Part shown: one piece after another, positions 8,501 through 18,625 of the stretch
Numbering within the stretch: position 1 is the first letter of the stretch
Layout of the letters: every line of letters begins with the position of its first letter
Position numbers and translations under genes: made by a program
From: an uncultured virus (IMG/VR IMGVR_UViG_3300050343_000142)
Taxonomy: Duplodnaviria > Heunggongvirae > Uroviricota > Caudoviricetes
IMG/VR virus record: IMGVR_UViG_3300050343_000142
Reading direction: 5' to 3' (one strand)
Length of the DNA: 64,000 nt
The notes under the pieces: model-generated
What the model saw: the letters and a program-made list of their open reading frames with translations, nothing else
Told to the model about the DNA's origin: nothing
The model's database searches: none

Positions 8501-9355
8501 ATGACATCACATCCAAGGGTATTTATAAAATTAGCTTCTTTAGATGATTCAGAACTATCTCACACTATAGAAAATGCAGTAGAGTCTGCAAAGTATCCAG
8601 AAAGATTAGTATTTGGTGTTTACTTACATTACTCAACTGACGTAGCTAAACAAGAACTATTGGACTACACTGATAGACTTAGTTCACGCTCATCCTTTAG
8701 ATTAGAGCTCGAAACCTTCAATAAAGCTCATTTAGGTGTAGGTAGAGCACGACACAAGGCAGAATCTATGTATGATGGTGAAGATTATGTACTACAGGTA
8801 GACGCACATTCATGGTTTTGTAAAGATTGGGATGAACTCTTAATAGGACTATTAAAGACTCAAACAGATAAAACTATATTGACTGGATATGCTCCTGCTT
8901 ATATATCTAAAAATGGAATCAGAGAACCTAAAGGTAAAGGTTTTTTACTTCCTATTTACAACAAAAAAGTGGAACCAGTTGATTGGCTACTTAATTGGCA
9001 TGCAATTACTCCACCTAGTTCACTACCTTTTATACCTACTAAGTTCTGTGCGAACTTTGCTTTTGGTACAAGTGAATGGGGTAAGTACTCTGGACTAAAT
9101 AAAGAATCTATATTTTGGAGTGAAGAACCTTTACAAACTAAAAATTTAAAAGATAGAAGTTTTGAAATGAAACTACCTAATGTAGATTATCCACTTATAT
9201 GTCATCTCTATGAAAGAGACATAGAAGGTGAAGGAGGAAAGCGTTCTGATATTGGAGCTTATATTTCTGATGAAGAAAAAGAATATTTAATTAATGTTGT
9301 AGATAAAGAAATTTATTTGTCGAATTTTTTACAACCACATTCACAATCACTATAG
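8501..9355 (+). CDS. GT60/Gnt1-like GlcNAc-transferase family glycosyltransferase
   Basis: VFIKLAS..D.EL..TI, GVGRAR, YVLQVDAHSWF..WD, CANFAFG, EE motifs. Confidence 0.8.
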   Translation: MTSHPRVFIKLASLDDSELSHTIENAVESAKYPERLVFGVYLHYSTDVAKQELLDYTDRLSSRSSFRLELETFNKAHLGVGRARHKAESMYDGEDYVLQVDAHSWFCKDWDELLIGLLKTQTDKTILTGYAPAYISKNGIREPKGKGFLLPIYNKKVEPVDWLLNWHAITPPSSLPFIPTKFCANFAFGTSEWGKYSGLNKESIFWSEEPLQTKNLKDRSFEMKLPNVDYPLICHLYERDIEGEGGKRSDIGAYISDEEKEYLINVVDKEIYLSNFLQPHSQSL

Positions 9356-9453
9356 TCATAAATATGACCTTTAACTTCTGATGATTGAGGTGCTCTGTCT
9401 GTAACTTGACTTTTTTTAATTAATTCCCATTCTAAGTTGTATCTATTAACCAT
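9313..9453 (-). CDS. 46-aa micro-protein with CECGC motif
   Basis: Manual translation; follows the ferredoxin and overlaps the GT 3' end convergently. Confidence 0.4.
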   Translation of the reverse strand: MVNRYNLEWELIKKSQVTDRAPQSSEVKGHIYDYSDCECGCKKFDK

Positions 9454-9457
9454 ACAC

Positions 9458-9721
9458 TTAGGGTACTATAAAAATACATTCTCCTGGGCATTCTTCAGCT
9501 GCTTCTGTAACTATATCTTCGTCACCCTCTGGAACTCTTGCTAAACCTTCTGCACCTTGGTCGTTGCCATCAATAGAACTAAATATTTTAAGGTCACCAA
9601 AGTTTCCAACAGTTTCCTGAACATAGGCTAGACCATCATTTTTCATAGTAAAGATGTCTGGTGCTATTTCTGCACATAGTCCGTCACCTGTACATAAGTC
9701 TTGGTCTATCCAAACTTTCAT
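9458..9721 (-). CDS. single-cluster ferredoxin (actinobacterial type)
   Basis: MKVWIDQDLCTGDGLC...ECPGECI (CxxDxxC...CP). Confidence 0.92.
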   Translation of the reverse strand: MKVWIDQDLCTGDGLCAEIAPDIFTMKNDGLAYVQETVGNFGDLKIFSSIDGNDQGAEGLARVPEGDEDIVTEAAEECPGECIFIVP

Positions 9722-10458
9722 CTGTTCTTCCTTGTAATTTCTCTATACCCATTAGTCATCTTACTACGTAAGTTCCAAGATTCTTTGCTATTAGATTCGT
9801 AATCTTGTTTTGAAAACTCTTCAACTTTTATTTTATGTTTACTTCTTTTAAATGGTATTACATGTAAGAAAGGTGTACCTCTTTGTAAAACTCTATCTCC
9901 CTCACTATGCCATATGCTTGGAAAGTTTACTTGATGAAAACTATCTGTTTCAACAATTCCTGGTAGTAATGTGAAGTCATCATTTCTTTCTAATAGGGGA
10001 GGTATGAATAACATTGACCAACCTGGTGGTGTATAGAAAAACCAAGGACTTGTAAATTTAACAGCTCTTCTTAAATCACCTCTCTTAAATGGGTAAGTAG
10101 CAAATTGTGCTTCATTGTGAAACTCTATAGTACTACCTATACCATTGTCTCCATGATTAGTATCAAAATGAAACTCATCACCTTGTCTTTGTATAAAGAT
10201 GTCAGACCATAGTGGTATTATGTATCCTTCTGCAAAGTAATCAACAACAGCAGGACATTTTTTAAGAGTATGCGAAGACCATTTTTTAAGTATTTGACCA
10301 AGCACAGGAAACGGCTTATGGTCTGGTCTAGGTAAGTCCATTGGTAGTTTGCGAAACCATTCAGGTATCATTTGACTTGCAGGTACTGGTGGTTCTAATT
10401 CTACTAAAGCAGGTATCTGCGTTTTAAAAGTTATATTGTTGCCTTTGAAACTATTCAT
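9718..10458 (-). CDS. DUF6065-like protein (family name tentative), paralog 1
   Basis: IPEWF, KKCP, GYIIPLWSD, TPPGWS, GIVETDS motifs shared with 27760-28515. Confidence 0.7.
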   Translation of the reverse strand: MNSFKGNNITFKTQIPALVELEPPVPASQMIPEWFRKLPMDLPRPDHKPFPVLGQILKKWSSHTLKKCPAVVDYFAEGYIIPLWSDIFIQRQGDEFHFDTNHGDNGIGSTIEFHNEAQFATYPFKRGDLRRAVKFTSPWFFYTPPGWSMLFIPPLLERNDDFTLLPGIVETDSFHQVNFPSIWHSEGDRVLQRGTPFLHVIPFKRSKHKIKVEEFSKQDYESNSKESWNLRSKMTNGYREITRKNR

Positions 10459-10945
10459 TGAAAAACCAATGGTCAGGTTCTACGAAATGAAAAAACATTT
10501 GACCTACTTCATTTGTTTCTGGATTAGGAAAATCTTCACGCCAATGCTCTTGGTCTTCTCCGTAGAAACAAAGTGCTTCATTAGGTTCTAAGTCATACTT
10601 ATTACCTTCTACAAATAAAGACCAATTATCTTTTTGATATAAGCATAGGTCAATAGTGTATGTGCAGGCATTGTTATCTTTATGAGATTGTAACTTAGCA
10701 TGCTCACCTTCATAGTGAACAAACATAGAATAACTTGGTAGAAGTGTATCTGATTTAAATACTTCTCTAGCCATTGGAACAAGCATCTCATTGTAAACAT
10801 TTAAAGTTTTCCAATCATGATTAATAGCACCATATCTACCAAACTCTTCACTAAAAGGAAATTTATACTTTTGTCTGTAACAAGTATCTTTCAACTTATT
10901 AAAGACAGACTCTGGAAATAAGGGAGATAACTTTAGAATATCCAT
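10451..10945 (-). CDS. 2OG-Fe(II) oxygenase-like protein
   Basis: HKD...HWR metal triad; start reassigned to MDILKL. Confidence 0.75.
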   Translation of the reverse strand: MDILKLSPLFPESVFNKLKDTCYRQKYKFPFSEEFGRYGAINHDWKTLNVYNEMLVPMAREVFKSDTLLPSYSMFVHYEGEHAKLQSHKDNNACTYTIDLCLYQKDNWSLFVEGNKYDLEPNEALCFYGEDQEHWREDFPNPETNEVGQMFFHFVEPDHWFFNE

Positions 10946-11792
10946 TTTTTCTTTGGCATTAACTTTCTTAGCTCTTCTTTCTAGTAGCATAAAGGATAGA
11001 GCATATTTGTTTCACGTCTGTTCTTACGGAAGATTGTGTAATCTGATTCCAAGCTCTTACTGAATGTTTCATTCCATTCAACATACTTCTATCTTTACAG
11101 GCTTGCTGAATAGTACAGGTTGAACATTACAGTATCGTGATTTAAGATTTAGTTCTCTGTTATTCATAGGTCAGTCCCATTCAAAAGCCCATGAAAGTCC
11201 TCTTGACCATGCGTATATAGGCATAAAGCCTGGGATAGTAGATATAGGTAAGTTTTGTCCTGCATTTCTATCACTGGTATTACATCCATCCAAACTTCTT
11301 CATCATCAGTAAATAACATAACTGGCATAGATATTTGCATTACTGGTTTATCAGGGATATCCCCAAGCTTCTTTTTCTTCCATAATTACATCATTAAATG
11401 GACCATGATGCTTTAACAGCACCATAATAATTAGCACTATAGCTTGTAACCACCAAATCTATCTACTTCATCACTAAACTGATTTCTTACTAACTTTACT
11501 TTTACATAAGACCATGGAAAGTTTACTTCGTACATTCTGTTTCGCATAAACTGTGTAGATACACATCCATTAGGAGCTTTTATAAACTTCTTTGGTGTTT
11601 CAAAGTTAATTGGTGGTGTTTGATAAGTAGTTGTGGGTCTTGATTCTCTAAACTGACCCCATTGTTGATTTGGTCTAGGTAAAGTGAATGCAACTTCAGG
11701 CATTCCTTTATGAATAGTGAACTTAACTTTTCTGACCAAGTATCTGTTAATCTTGGTATTTTGAATCCTTTAGGTACTGGACATTTACTCAT
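10930..11792 (-). pseudogene. single hypothetical gene broken by several frameshifts (real or assembly error)
   Basis: Fragments 11580-11792 and 11437-11739 plus unannotated downstream frames (e.g. IPGFMPIYAWSRGLSWAFEW) join into one protein. Confidence 0.6.
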
Positions 11793-12621
11793 CTATAATC
11801 CCATCTTCTTTCCATCTTTTTCTTATTCTGTTGTGTTTGCCAACGATACCAACCATTTTGTCTTGTTCTCTCAGCAGCTCTAGTCTTATGCATAATAGGA
11901 TTTCTCATCTTCATCCATAACCCTAGATTCATAAGAATCTAAGTCAAAACCACTTCTCTTGTATGGTATTACTTGTACTAATGGCATTCCTTGTCTAAAT
12001 GTTCTTTTGCCAGTTCCGTGATACAAGAAAGGTATATTCATTTGATGATAACTATCAGTTTCAACAACACTAGGCATAATCTCTATTTCCCAGTATTCTG
12101 TGATACCAAGGTTGCGTTATTAGATCACAGACCAACCTGGTGGTGTTACTAATATCCCAGGGATTTGCAAACTTTAAAGCTGTATTATAACTAGTACCGT
12201 CTGGTATAGGTAAGTTACCAATTGATTGCAGGCTCATGATAGGTAATAGTGTCTTCATTAAATGCATGCTTGTTATACCAGTTGAAATCCTGATTGTTGT
12301 CATCGTGATTGATTTTCAAGATCTAAGCCACAAAGGTATAATGTAACCACTAAACATTATGTCTTTTACAGTAGGACATTTTTTCATAGAGTGGTCTTTA
12401 TATGGGACAGTATTCCAGCTATCATCATGCTCTCTCATTTCTGACCATTCTCTTTGTAAATGCTTATAATAAGCTGGCATGAACTCAGTAGCTCTTTGAG
12501 GGGGTGCTAAGTCTACATATTCAGGGCTTGAAGTTAAGAAAAGTATTTTTTCGTCGCCTACTTTATGTTTCTTTACTTCGAGAAGTCTACTATATTCTTT
12601 TTTCTCCCACCATTTTTTCAT
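11789..12621 (-). pseudogene. DUF6065-like paralog broken by several 1-2 nt insertions
   Basis: KKCP, GYIIPLW, KFANPW, TPPGWS and VVETDSYH occur in the right order but in different frames. Confidence 0.75.
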
Positions 12622-12622
12622 G

Positions 12623-13318
12623 TTACTCCAGTAGTAAATCTGCAGTAATTACTGCTTCTAATATTGTATCACTTGTTTCCTTGTAAGAAATAGCATCTCC
12701 TACTTTTTCCCAGTGTACTAATTTGATTGTTTTTCCTAATGAATTTAAATATTCTATATCGGAAGATACGTCTTCAAGTAAATCTGTGTCCCATCTAATC
12801 CATATTTTCATATCGGAATTATTAGCGATAGTATCAGTAGCACCTTTTAAAACATCTATTTCAGTTCCATTTGTATTTATAAATAAAACATCTGGTGATA
12901 AGTCTAAGCTATCAACTGTTACTACTTCTACTGATTCGCTTGCATTACCCATAGTTTTATCTATAGAACCTTTTGATTGATTATCTTCAAAATAAACTAA
13001 ATCACTATTACCAGAACTGCTACCAGCAGCTTTATTAATATTTGTACCAGTTGGAGCATTTGCTTCAAGTAAACTAAACCTAGAATCATTAGGTTCTAAT
13101 GAAGTTACTGTTACCTCATTCTCAATTAATTGTTTACTGTTTAATCCAAATCCTGCACCTATTACTAATGCTTCGTCTATTGTCTCTGCATTGTTAAATA
13201 TCCAGAACTCTAAAGAAGAGTTAATATGTCCTAGTTCTTCTACTCTTGATTCAAATTTGTCTGAGTTGTCATAATCAGCAGTAATACCGCATCTAAAACC
13301 TTTTTTTACTATAGCCAA
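12623..13318 (-). CDS. FkbM-like SAM-dependent methyltransferase
   Basis: VIGAGFG, LEPN, V.VVTVDSL, INTNGTEIDVLKGA (divergent version of KIDVEGxE). Confidence 0.75.
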   Translation of the reverse strand: MAIVKKGFRCGITADYDNSDKFESRVEELGHINSSLEFWIFNNAETIDEALVIGAGFGLNSKQLIENEVTVTSLEPNDSRFSLLEANAPTGTNINKAAGSSSGNSDLVYFEDNQSKGSIDKTMGNASESVEVVTVDSLDLSPDVLFINTNGTEIDVLKGATDTIANNSDMKIWIRWDTDLLEDVSSDIEYLNSLGKTIKLVHWEKVGDAISYKETSDTILEAVITADLLLE

Positions 13319-13872
13319 TCTTTAATCACCTCTGATTCACTTCTGCCTGATGGAAATTGATATCCTTGTTTTGTGTGTTGTCCTAAAACAAAGTGATAAT
13401 TATCAGGTCTTGCAAAGTTAAAATATAAACACAAACTTAATCCAGTGTTATTTTTAACATAATGTTCAAATTCTTGTCCGTTGTAAGCTATTGCCTCTTC
13501 ATTTTGGACAACAATTTCTTGTCCTTGGTATTCTAACACAAGTTCATTTTCGGAGAAGTAATTATAAAGTATGGTGTGTTCAACAGGACCAGTGTCATGA
13601 TGACTACTTGTTTTCCTATCTTCATACCAGCTAAGAGTTGCAAATGTAGGTAGTAGGTCATGTATTGCAAAAGTTTCTCTAGCTACATCAATAAGAGAAT
13701 TGTGATACATGTTTAATTCATTACATTGTTTAACCATGTGTGAACCATCTGGACTTTCTTTCCATTTACTGTCTTCATAGTATGGAGATTCATTGTCCAA
13801 CCAATATTTCATTTCTTCTAATTTGTTACCTTTAAATATTTCATTTAACTTAACTGCGTTCATTATTAACAC
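13309..13872 (-). CDS. 2OG-Fe(II) oxygenase-like protein
   Basis: HHD...H triad; resembles 10451-10945. Confidence 0.65.
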   Translation of the reverse strand: MLIMNAVKLNEIFKGNKLEEMKYWLDNESPYYEDSKWKESPDGSHMVKQCNELNMYHNSLIDVARETFAIHDLLPTFATLSWYEDRKTSSHHDTGPVEHTILYNYFSENELVLEYQGQEIVVQNEEAIAYNGQEFEHYVKNNTGLSLCLYFNFARPDNYHFVLGQHTKQGYQFPSGRSESEVIKDWL

Positions 13873-14533
13873 CTTCCCTGTATTGCAGAGGCATGCCTTC
13901 CCAATCCATAGGATGACCTAGCCATGTTACTATTGCATATTTAGTTCCTTGAACCACGGGCATTGCTTGGTGTACATATGCGTAGTTACTAGGAAACAAT
14001 ACTAAAGCTGGTTTATCTGGTTTTATCATTTCATCAAAATGTACAAAGTATGTACCTCCACCTTCATATTCAGATGGGTTTAAAAGTATTAATGCTGATA
14101 AGTATCTAGGTATATGTGGTGCGTAATCAGCGTGTGGTTTATATTCTTGTCCACCACCATATTTAAGTAATTGGAAACCTTCATCAAACAATATTGGAAA
14201 CTCATATTTTTTAGTATATTCATTTACAGCTGCTTCTAGTTTAGATTGAACCATTGTGCATATCTGTTGTATATCTCGTATTAAGACATCATTACCAGCT
14301 TTTACAGCCTCTCTTACTTCTCTTGATTCAGCAGGTAAGGAAGCTATGCCTGATAAATTCATTAATAGATTACTTCTAACATCTCCACCTTTATGACCTT
14401 TACCAATAGATGCATTCTCATAACCTAAAGGTATTTGACTGTTCTCTAAAGCTTCTGCTGCTTTTATTACTTCTTCTGCTTGTGTTCCTGAAAAGAAATC
14501 TTCATAAATTTCTACTACACCCATATTATTCAT
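13850..14533 (-). CDS. prolyl-4-hydroxylase-like 2OG-Fe(II) dioxygenase
   Basis: QLLKY, HAD, LN..YEGG, FPSN..HQAMPV..GTKY; start reassigned to MNNMG (ATGA overlap). Confidence 0.88.
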   Translation of the reverse strand: MNNMGVVEIYEDFFSGTQAEEVIKAAEALENSQIPLGYENASIGKGHKGGDVRSNLLMNLSGIASLPAESREVREAVKAGNDVLIRDIQQICTMVQSKLEAAVNEYTKKYEFPILFDEGFQLLKYGGGQEYKPHADYAPHIPRYLSALILLNPSEYEGGGTYFVHFDEMIKPDKPALVLFPSNYAYVHQAMPVVQGTKYAIVTWLGHPMDWEGMPLQYREGVNNERS

Positions 14534-15261
14534 CGTATTTCCCTTCTCTGTATGTCTTCTATATCTGCACCTTCTTCTAAACTTGCAATATCGTAATGTG
14601 AAGCACATGACACAAGAAAAGCTGCTTTCCTACCATTTAAAAGAGGCGTAGTTGCATGTGACCACATATATGAACTTGGCATAATAACTACACTACCAGC
14701 TGGTGGTTTGTAAGGGTCTACTTCAGGAAAATATCTAAAACTTAAAGCTCCTCCATCAAAATCATCATTCAAGTAAGTTAGAGCAGTTATTCTTCTAAAG
14801 TATGGTGCAGGATAGTTTTGATTTGTATTAGGATTTCTTACAGAGTGATTGTCACTATGGTAAGTCATGTGTTTAGGTGGTCTGTATGTTATATACTGCC
14901 AATTTTCCATCCAATTCACTTCTCTTGAGACTTCTTCAAACATATCAAAGTAATCTGCAATTTTATCTAAAACATTTTTTTGACAATATTTTAAAAAGGT
15001 TTTTGAATCTTCGTGTTTAAAATCGTTTTCAGGTGAAAATCTAATAGGTCCATTTGCTAAAGCTACAGAGGATTTTGCATTTTTTTGTTTAATGTCTTGT
15101 TCAGTAACAGTAGGTACCCAAGCGTCAACTTCTTTATTCATTGTATCGATGACACCTTCTGGTACATCTAAGCAGTTTTCCCAAGACCAAACGCCTTTAA
15201 CTACCTCTATTGGTTTTACTCTACGCCAAAGATTATTCTTCTTCACTCGGTGGTGCCTCAT
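14530..15261 (-). CDS. prolyl-4-hydroxylase-like 2OG-Fe(II) dioxygenase
   Basis: HSD, YLNDDFDGG, PSSYMWSH..P..GRK; start uncertain. Confidence 0.85.
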   Translation of the reverse strand: MRHHRVKKNNLWRRVKPIEVVKGVWSWENCLDVPEGVIDTMNKEVDAWVPTVTEQDIKQKNAKSSVALANGPIRFSPENDFKHEDSKTFLKYCQKNVLDKIADYFDMFEEVSREVNWMENWQYITYRPPKHMTYHSDNHSVRNPNTNQNYPAPYFRRITALTYLNDDFDGGALSFRYFPEVDPYKPPAGSVVIMPSSYMWSHATTPLLNGRKAAFLVSCASHYDIASLEEGADIEDIQRREIR

Positions 15262-15706
15262 ATATAGATATTTCTTTTGTTTGTATTTCTGTATCTTCTA
15301 ATTTCAAAACTAAATCATACCAACCAATAGGTAATCTTATATGCTCAGTATGAAAGAAACCTGCTCCTACATCATATTGAAGTATGTGAGTTGCGTGTAT
15401 ATTCTGAGATTCGGAAGGCTTATCTAAGTTCTTAGTCCACACTTCTAGTACATATTGAGGTAAGTTTTTTCTATCAGCAAAGTCATCTACATAAGCAATT
15501 TGAAAATAAGAAGCATCGCTTTCATTTGCGGGAGCATGCATTTCTTGAAACTCAGGTATAAATAACCAACCAGCTTCATCTGGACTTTCTACGTATTGTT
15601 CTATATTAGGAAATATCCCATGATGGACTTCGTTAGTATTATGTTCCCATTCTGACTTAAAGTCCTCAATATCAAGACTTTCGGGTACGTAGTATACTCT
15701 CCTCAT
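15233..15706 (-). CDS. hypothetical protein
   Basis: GGAGG RBS; in the operon. Confidence 0.7.
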   Translation of the reverse strand: MRRVYYVPESLDIEDFKSEWEHNTNEVHHGIFPNIEQYVESPDEAGWLFIPEFQEMHAPANESDASYFQIAYVDDFADRKNLPQYVLEVWTKNLDKPSESQNIHATHILQYDVGAGFFHTEHIRLPIGWYDLVLKLEDTEIQTKEISIYEAPPSEEE

Positions 15707-15725
15707 CTATTCCTCCCAAATTAAA

Positions 15726-16604
15726 TTAACTGCTAATTGCTGCATGTGCTTCAAGCGACTCTTTTAGATAGTCTATGACAACTTCATGGACTTCATTTTT
15801 AGTAGCTTTGTAAGCATCTACATCAGCAAGAAAAGCGTCTTCATCAAAAGCATCTACATCTTCGCCTAATTTAAATAAGCAGTTAGCAATAGCTTTTTCT
15901 AATGTTTGCTTTGCGTCTGCTTTTTCAATAGCTAATGCATCAGCATCTATTGATAAGTTCATATCATTTTCTCCTACGGTATAAGATTTATTTATTAAGT
16001 ATAGCATTTGAACTCTAGGTATGTCGTTTTTCCAAAACTCACTCCATGGAAGATACTTTTGAGCCCATCTTTCAGATTCTGGTATATAAACATCTTTATA
16101 TTCCGATAAGCTGAAAAATATTCTTATATAATCGTCTTCTACTCCAACACCATCTTCTCCATCACCTTCATCTTCTTCACCTATGAATGCAGTACCTGTT
16201 GCATAAATATCTGTGTAATCAGATGAGGTATATATGTAGGGTGAAGTATTTTTTATATAAAAGTTAGTATGAGGAGCTATGTTGGTATCAATATTCCACT
16301 GGTATCCTATTTCATAACAGAAGGTACATGTTGAACCACAAGTTAGTTCTCCATATTCACAGTGTTCTTGGTTGTAATCAAAATCTCCGTCTTTTCTTTT
16401 TATGAAAAATGAAAATTTATAATCTGAACCTGTATCTATGTCTACGTATTCATTACTTCCAAAAGATACTTTAGTTCTTGGAAAAAAGGGTATTGATAAA
16501 TCGTCATGAGATTCATCTGGATTAAAATATCCTTTAAAATGCCATAAGTCATATTCAGACTGATTTCCATCTTCTCTATCGTAATAGACTCTTACAATAG
16601 CCAT
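15726..16604 (-). CDS. hypothetical acidic protein
   Basis: Long ORF in the operon. Confidence 0.75.
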   Translation of the reverse strand: MAIVRVYYDREDGNQSEYDLWHFKGYFNPDESHDDLSIPFFPRTKVSFGSNEYVDIDTGSDYKFSFFIKRKDGDFDYNQEHCEYGELTCGSTCTFCYEIGYQWNIDTNIAPHTNFYIKNTSPYIYTSSDYTDIYATGTAFIGEEDEGDGEDGVGVEDDYIRIFFSLSEYKDVYIPESERWAQKYLPWSEFWKNDIPRVQMLYLINKSYTVGENDMNLSIDADALAIEKADAKQTLEKAIANCLFKLGEDVDAFDEDAFLADVDAYKATKNEVHEVVIDYLKESLEAHAAISS

Positions 16605-16605
16605 G

Positions 16606-17271
16606 TTAAACCTTAAATGTCTTGACGGTACCTGAAGCGTATCCTGTTACGTCTGTTAATACTCCTGTTAGTGGAATATCTTGTGAAACTATAAATATAA
16701 CTCCACCACCAGTAGTTGTTTCACCACTAGCTTCTATTGTTCCATAACCTTGTATTTTTCTAGCACAAAGAACTACAATTCCTCCACCATAGTTGACACT
16801 ATCTCCTGCACCACCATTTAAAGCTGTAGGTGTAGTTGAACCACCATGTTGTATAACTCCATCAACTGCAATATCAGGATGATTAAAATAATCTGCACCT
16901 TCTGTTGGAGCAGTAGCAGTATAACCGTTACCATTTCCTCCAAGAGAATCAATCACTGCTGCTTGACCACCACCTTTTAAAGTTCCTGTTGTGGATACTC
17001 CACCAACTCTACCTATTTTGGTATCTCCTTGATTAGTTGATGTTGCAGCCATAGCTAGATTATTTCTTACAAATACTCTATATCCTGCTGTATCTAAAAC
17101 TATTCCTGGGTTTATTGTTAAATTGTTATAGTACATATCTCTAGCGAGAGTTGTATTAGTTGAGATAGTTACATTACCATCCATCCCTGAACCATAAATA
17201 CTGTCAGGTATTACATCGAATGTTTCAAAGTCTGAAGGTACTGCACCATCACCGTATTCTGTTATTGGCAT
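16606..17271 (-). CDS. glycine-rich virion/fibre-associated protein
   Basis: Paralogous to the non-repeat part of 17273-18625 (IYG.G.DGNVTI..LARDM.YN.LTIN..LDT.GYRVFVR). Confidence 0.75.
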   Translation of the reverse strand: MPITEYGDGAVPSDFETFDVIPDSIYGSGMDGNVTISTNTTLARDMYYNNLTINPGIVLDTAGYRVFVRNNLAMAATSTNQGDTKIGRVGGVSTTGTLKGGGQAAVIDSLGGNGNGYTATAPTEGADYFNHPDIAVDGVIQHGGSTTPTALNGGAGDSVNYGGGIVVLCARKIQGYGTIEASGETTTGGGVIFIVSQDIPLTGVLTDVTGYASGTVKTFKV

Positions 17272-17272
17272 A

Positions 17273-18625
17273 TTAAGCTCCTGGGTCTGTGTCGTCTGCG
17301 TCTATATTAAATACTGTTACTACTGTTCCTGAGCCAGACGTTCCAGCTCCACCAGTTCCAGCTGCTGCTGATAAAGTTAAACTTCCTGGAAGTGGTTTTG
17401 TACCAGTTACAAAAAGAACTGTTCCTCCACCTGCGTTATAAGCTTCTGAAGAGGCACCACCTGAACCACCAGCACCACCTGGATGATAGTTAGTAGGGTT
17501 TGATTCATTATTGTTTTCAGTATTATTAGCATTGTTATTTCCATAGTTTGCACCATAGTTTGCACCATAATTAGAACCGTAGTTAGTAGGGTTTGAACCG
17601 TAGTTTGTAGGGTTAGAACCATAGTTAGTATTTGAACCATAGTTTGTATAAGGATGTGAATGTGCATAGTGATAATGGTAACTACCTGTTGACCAGTTAT
17701 TAATTGTTACTGGATGCCAGTGATAATGTGTGTGAGGATTAGAACCACTATAAGAATAGTTACTTGTATATGAATAGTTGTTACCTGAGTATGAGTAGTT
17801 ATTACCTGAATAACTATAACCGTAAGAATATCCATATGAATAGCCATAAGAGTATCCGTATGAATACCCATAGCTATAACCATATGAATAGTTATTTCCT
17901 GGTGTTTGTGCGTCTGGGGCGGCTGCACCATCTGAACCTTGTACTGAAGCACTTGAATCATCTCCGTCAGCTCTTATTGTTCCATCACCAACAACAGTTT
18001 TAGCTACGACTATTACAACTCCACCACCTTCTGCTCCAGAACCAGCAGAAGCTGCATTACCATCTGCACCTCTACCACCTGGTTGACCTACAGTTTGATA
18101 GTCAGCCCAATTAGTATCTGAACCATCTGTTCCTGCATTAGCATTATTATTAACAGCACCTTGTCCTCCACCTGAACCACCACCTACGAATTTATATGCT
18201 TCAGCTGCTGCATCAAACATTCTTCCAACAATTGCTGCTGATAAGTTAAACATTTCATTTTCTCCAGCAAAGAATTGATTAGCATCATGTGTATTTTGAG
18301 CTTGTGAACCAGATTTACCACCTAGTGTATCAGTTGCTGCTGTACCTTTAGTAAAACCACCTTTAAGAGTTCCTACTGTAGTTTTATTAGTAAATCTTCC
18401 AATACGGGAAGAAGCATCTGTAAAAGTTAAAGTACCTCTAACGAACACACGATATCCATTTGTATCTAAAGTACAACTTGAATTAATTGTTAGGTCATTG
18501 TAGAACATATCTCTAGCAAGACTGGTGTCGGCAGCAATTGTAACATTACCATCTTGACCAAATCCGTAGATTTCGTCCCCACCAAGCCTATCTAAAAAGA
18601 TTGGGTCTGGTTCGATGATTGGCAT
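17273..18625 (-). CDS. glycine-rich putative receptor-binding protein with Tyr/Asn/His repeat insert
   Basis: Gly-rich frame containing (YSYG)n, a His cluster and (TNYGSN)n. Confidence 0.75.
   Translation of the reverse strand: MPIIEPDPIFLDRLGGDEIYGFGQDGNVTIAADTSLARDMFYNDLTINSSCTLDTNGYRVFVRGTLTFTDASSRIGRFTNKTTVGTLKGGFTKGTAATDTLGGKSGSQAQNTHDANQFFAGENEMFNLSAAIVGRMFDAAAEAYKFVGGGSGGGQGAVNNNANAGTDGSDTNWADYQTVGQPGGRGADGNAASAGSGAEGGGVVIVVAKTVVGDGTIRADGDDSSASVQGSDGAAAPDAQTPGNNYSYGYSYGYSYGYSYGYSYGYSYGYSYSGNNYSYSGNNYSYTSNYSYSGSNPHTHYHWHPVTINNWSTGSYHYHYAHSHPYTNYGSNTNYGSNPTNYGSNPTNYGSNYGANYGANYGNNNANNTENNNESNPTNYHPGGAGGSGGASSEAYNAGGGTVLFVTGTKPLPGSLTLSAAAGTGGAGTSGSGTVVTVFNIDADDTDPGA

Noticed and set aside
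10930..12330. Programmed recoding or an alternative genetic code
   Set aside because: The breaks are frame changes without slippery motifs, and all other genes read normally in code 11.
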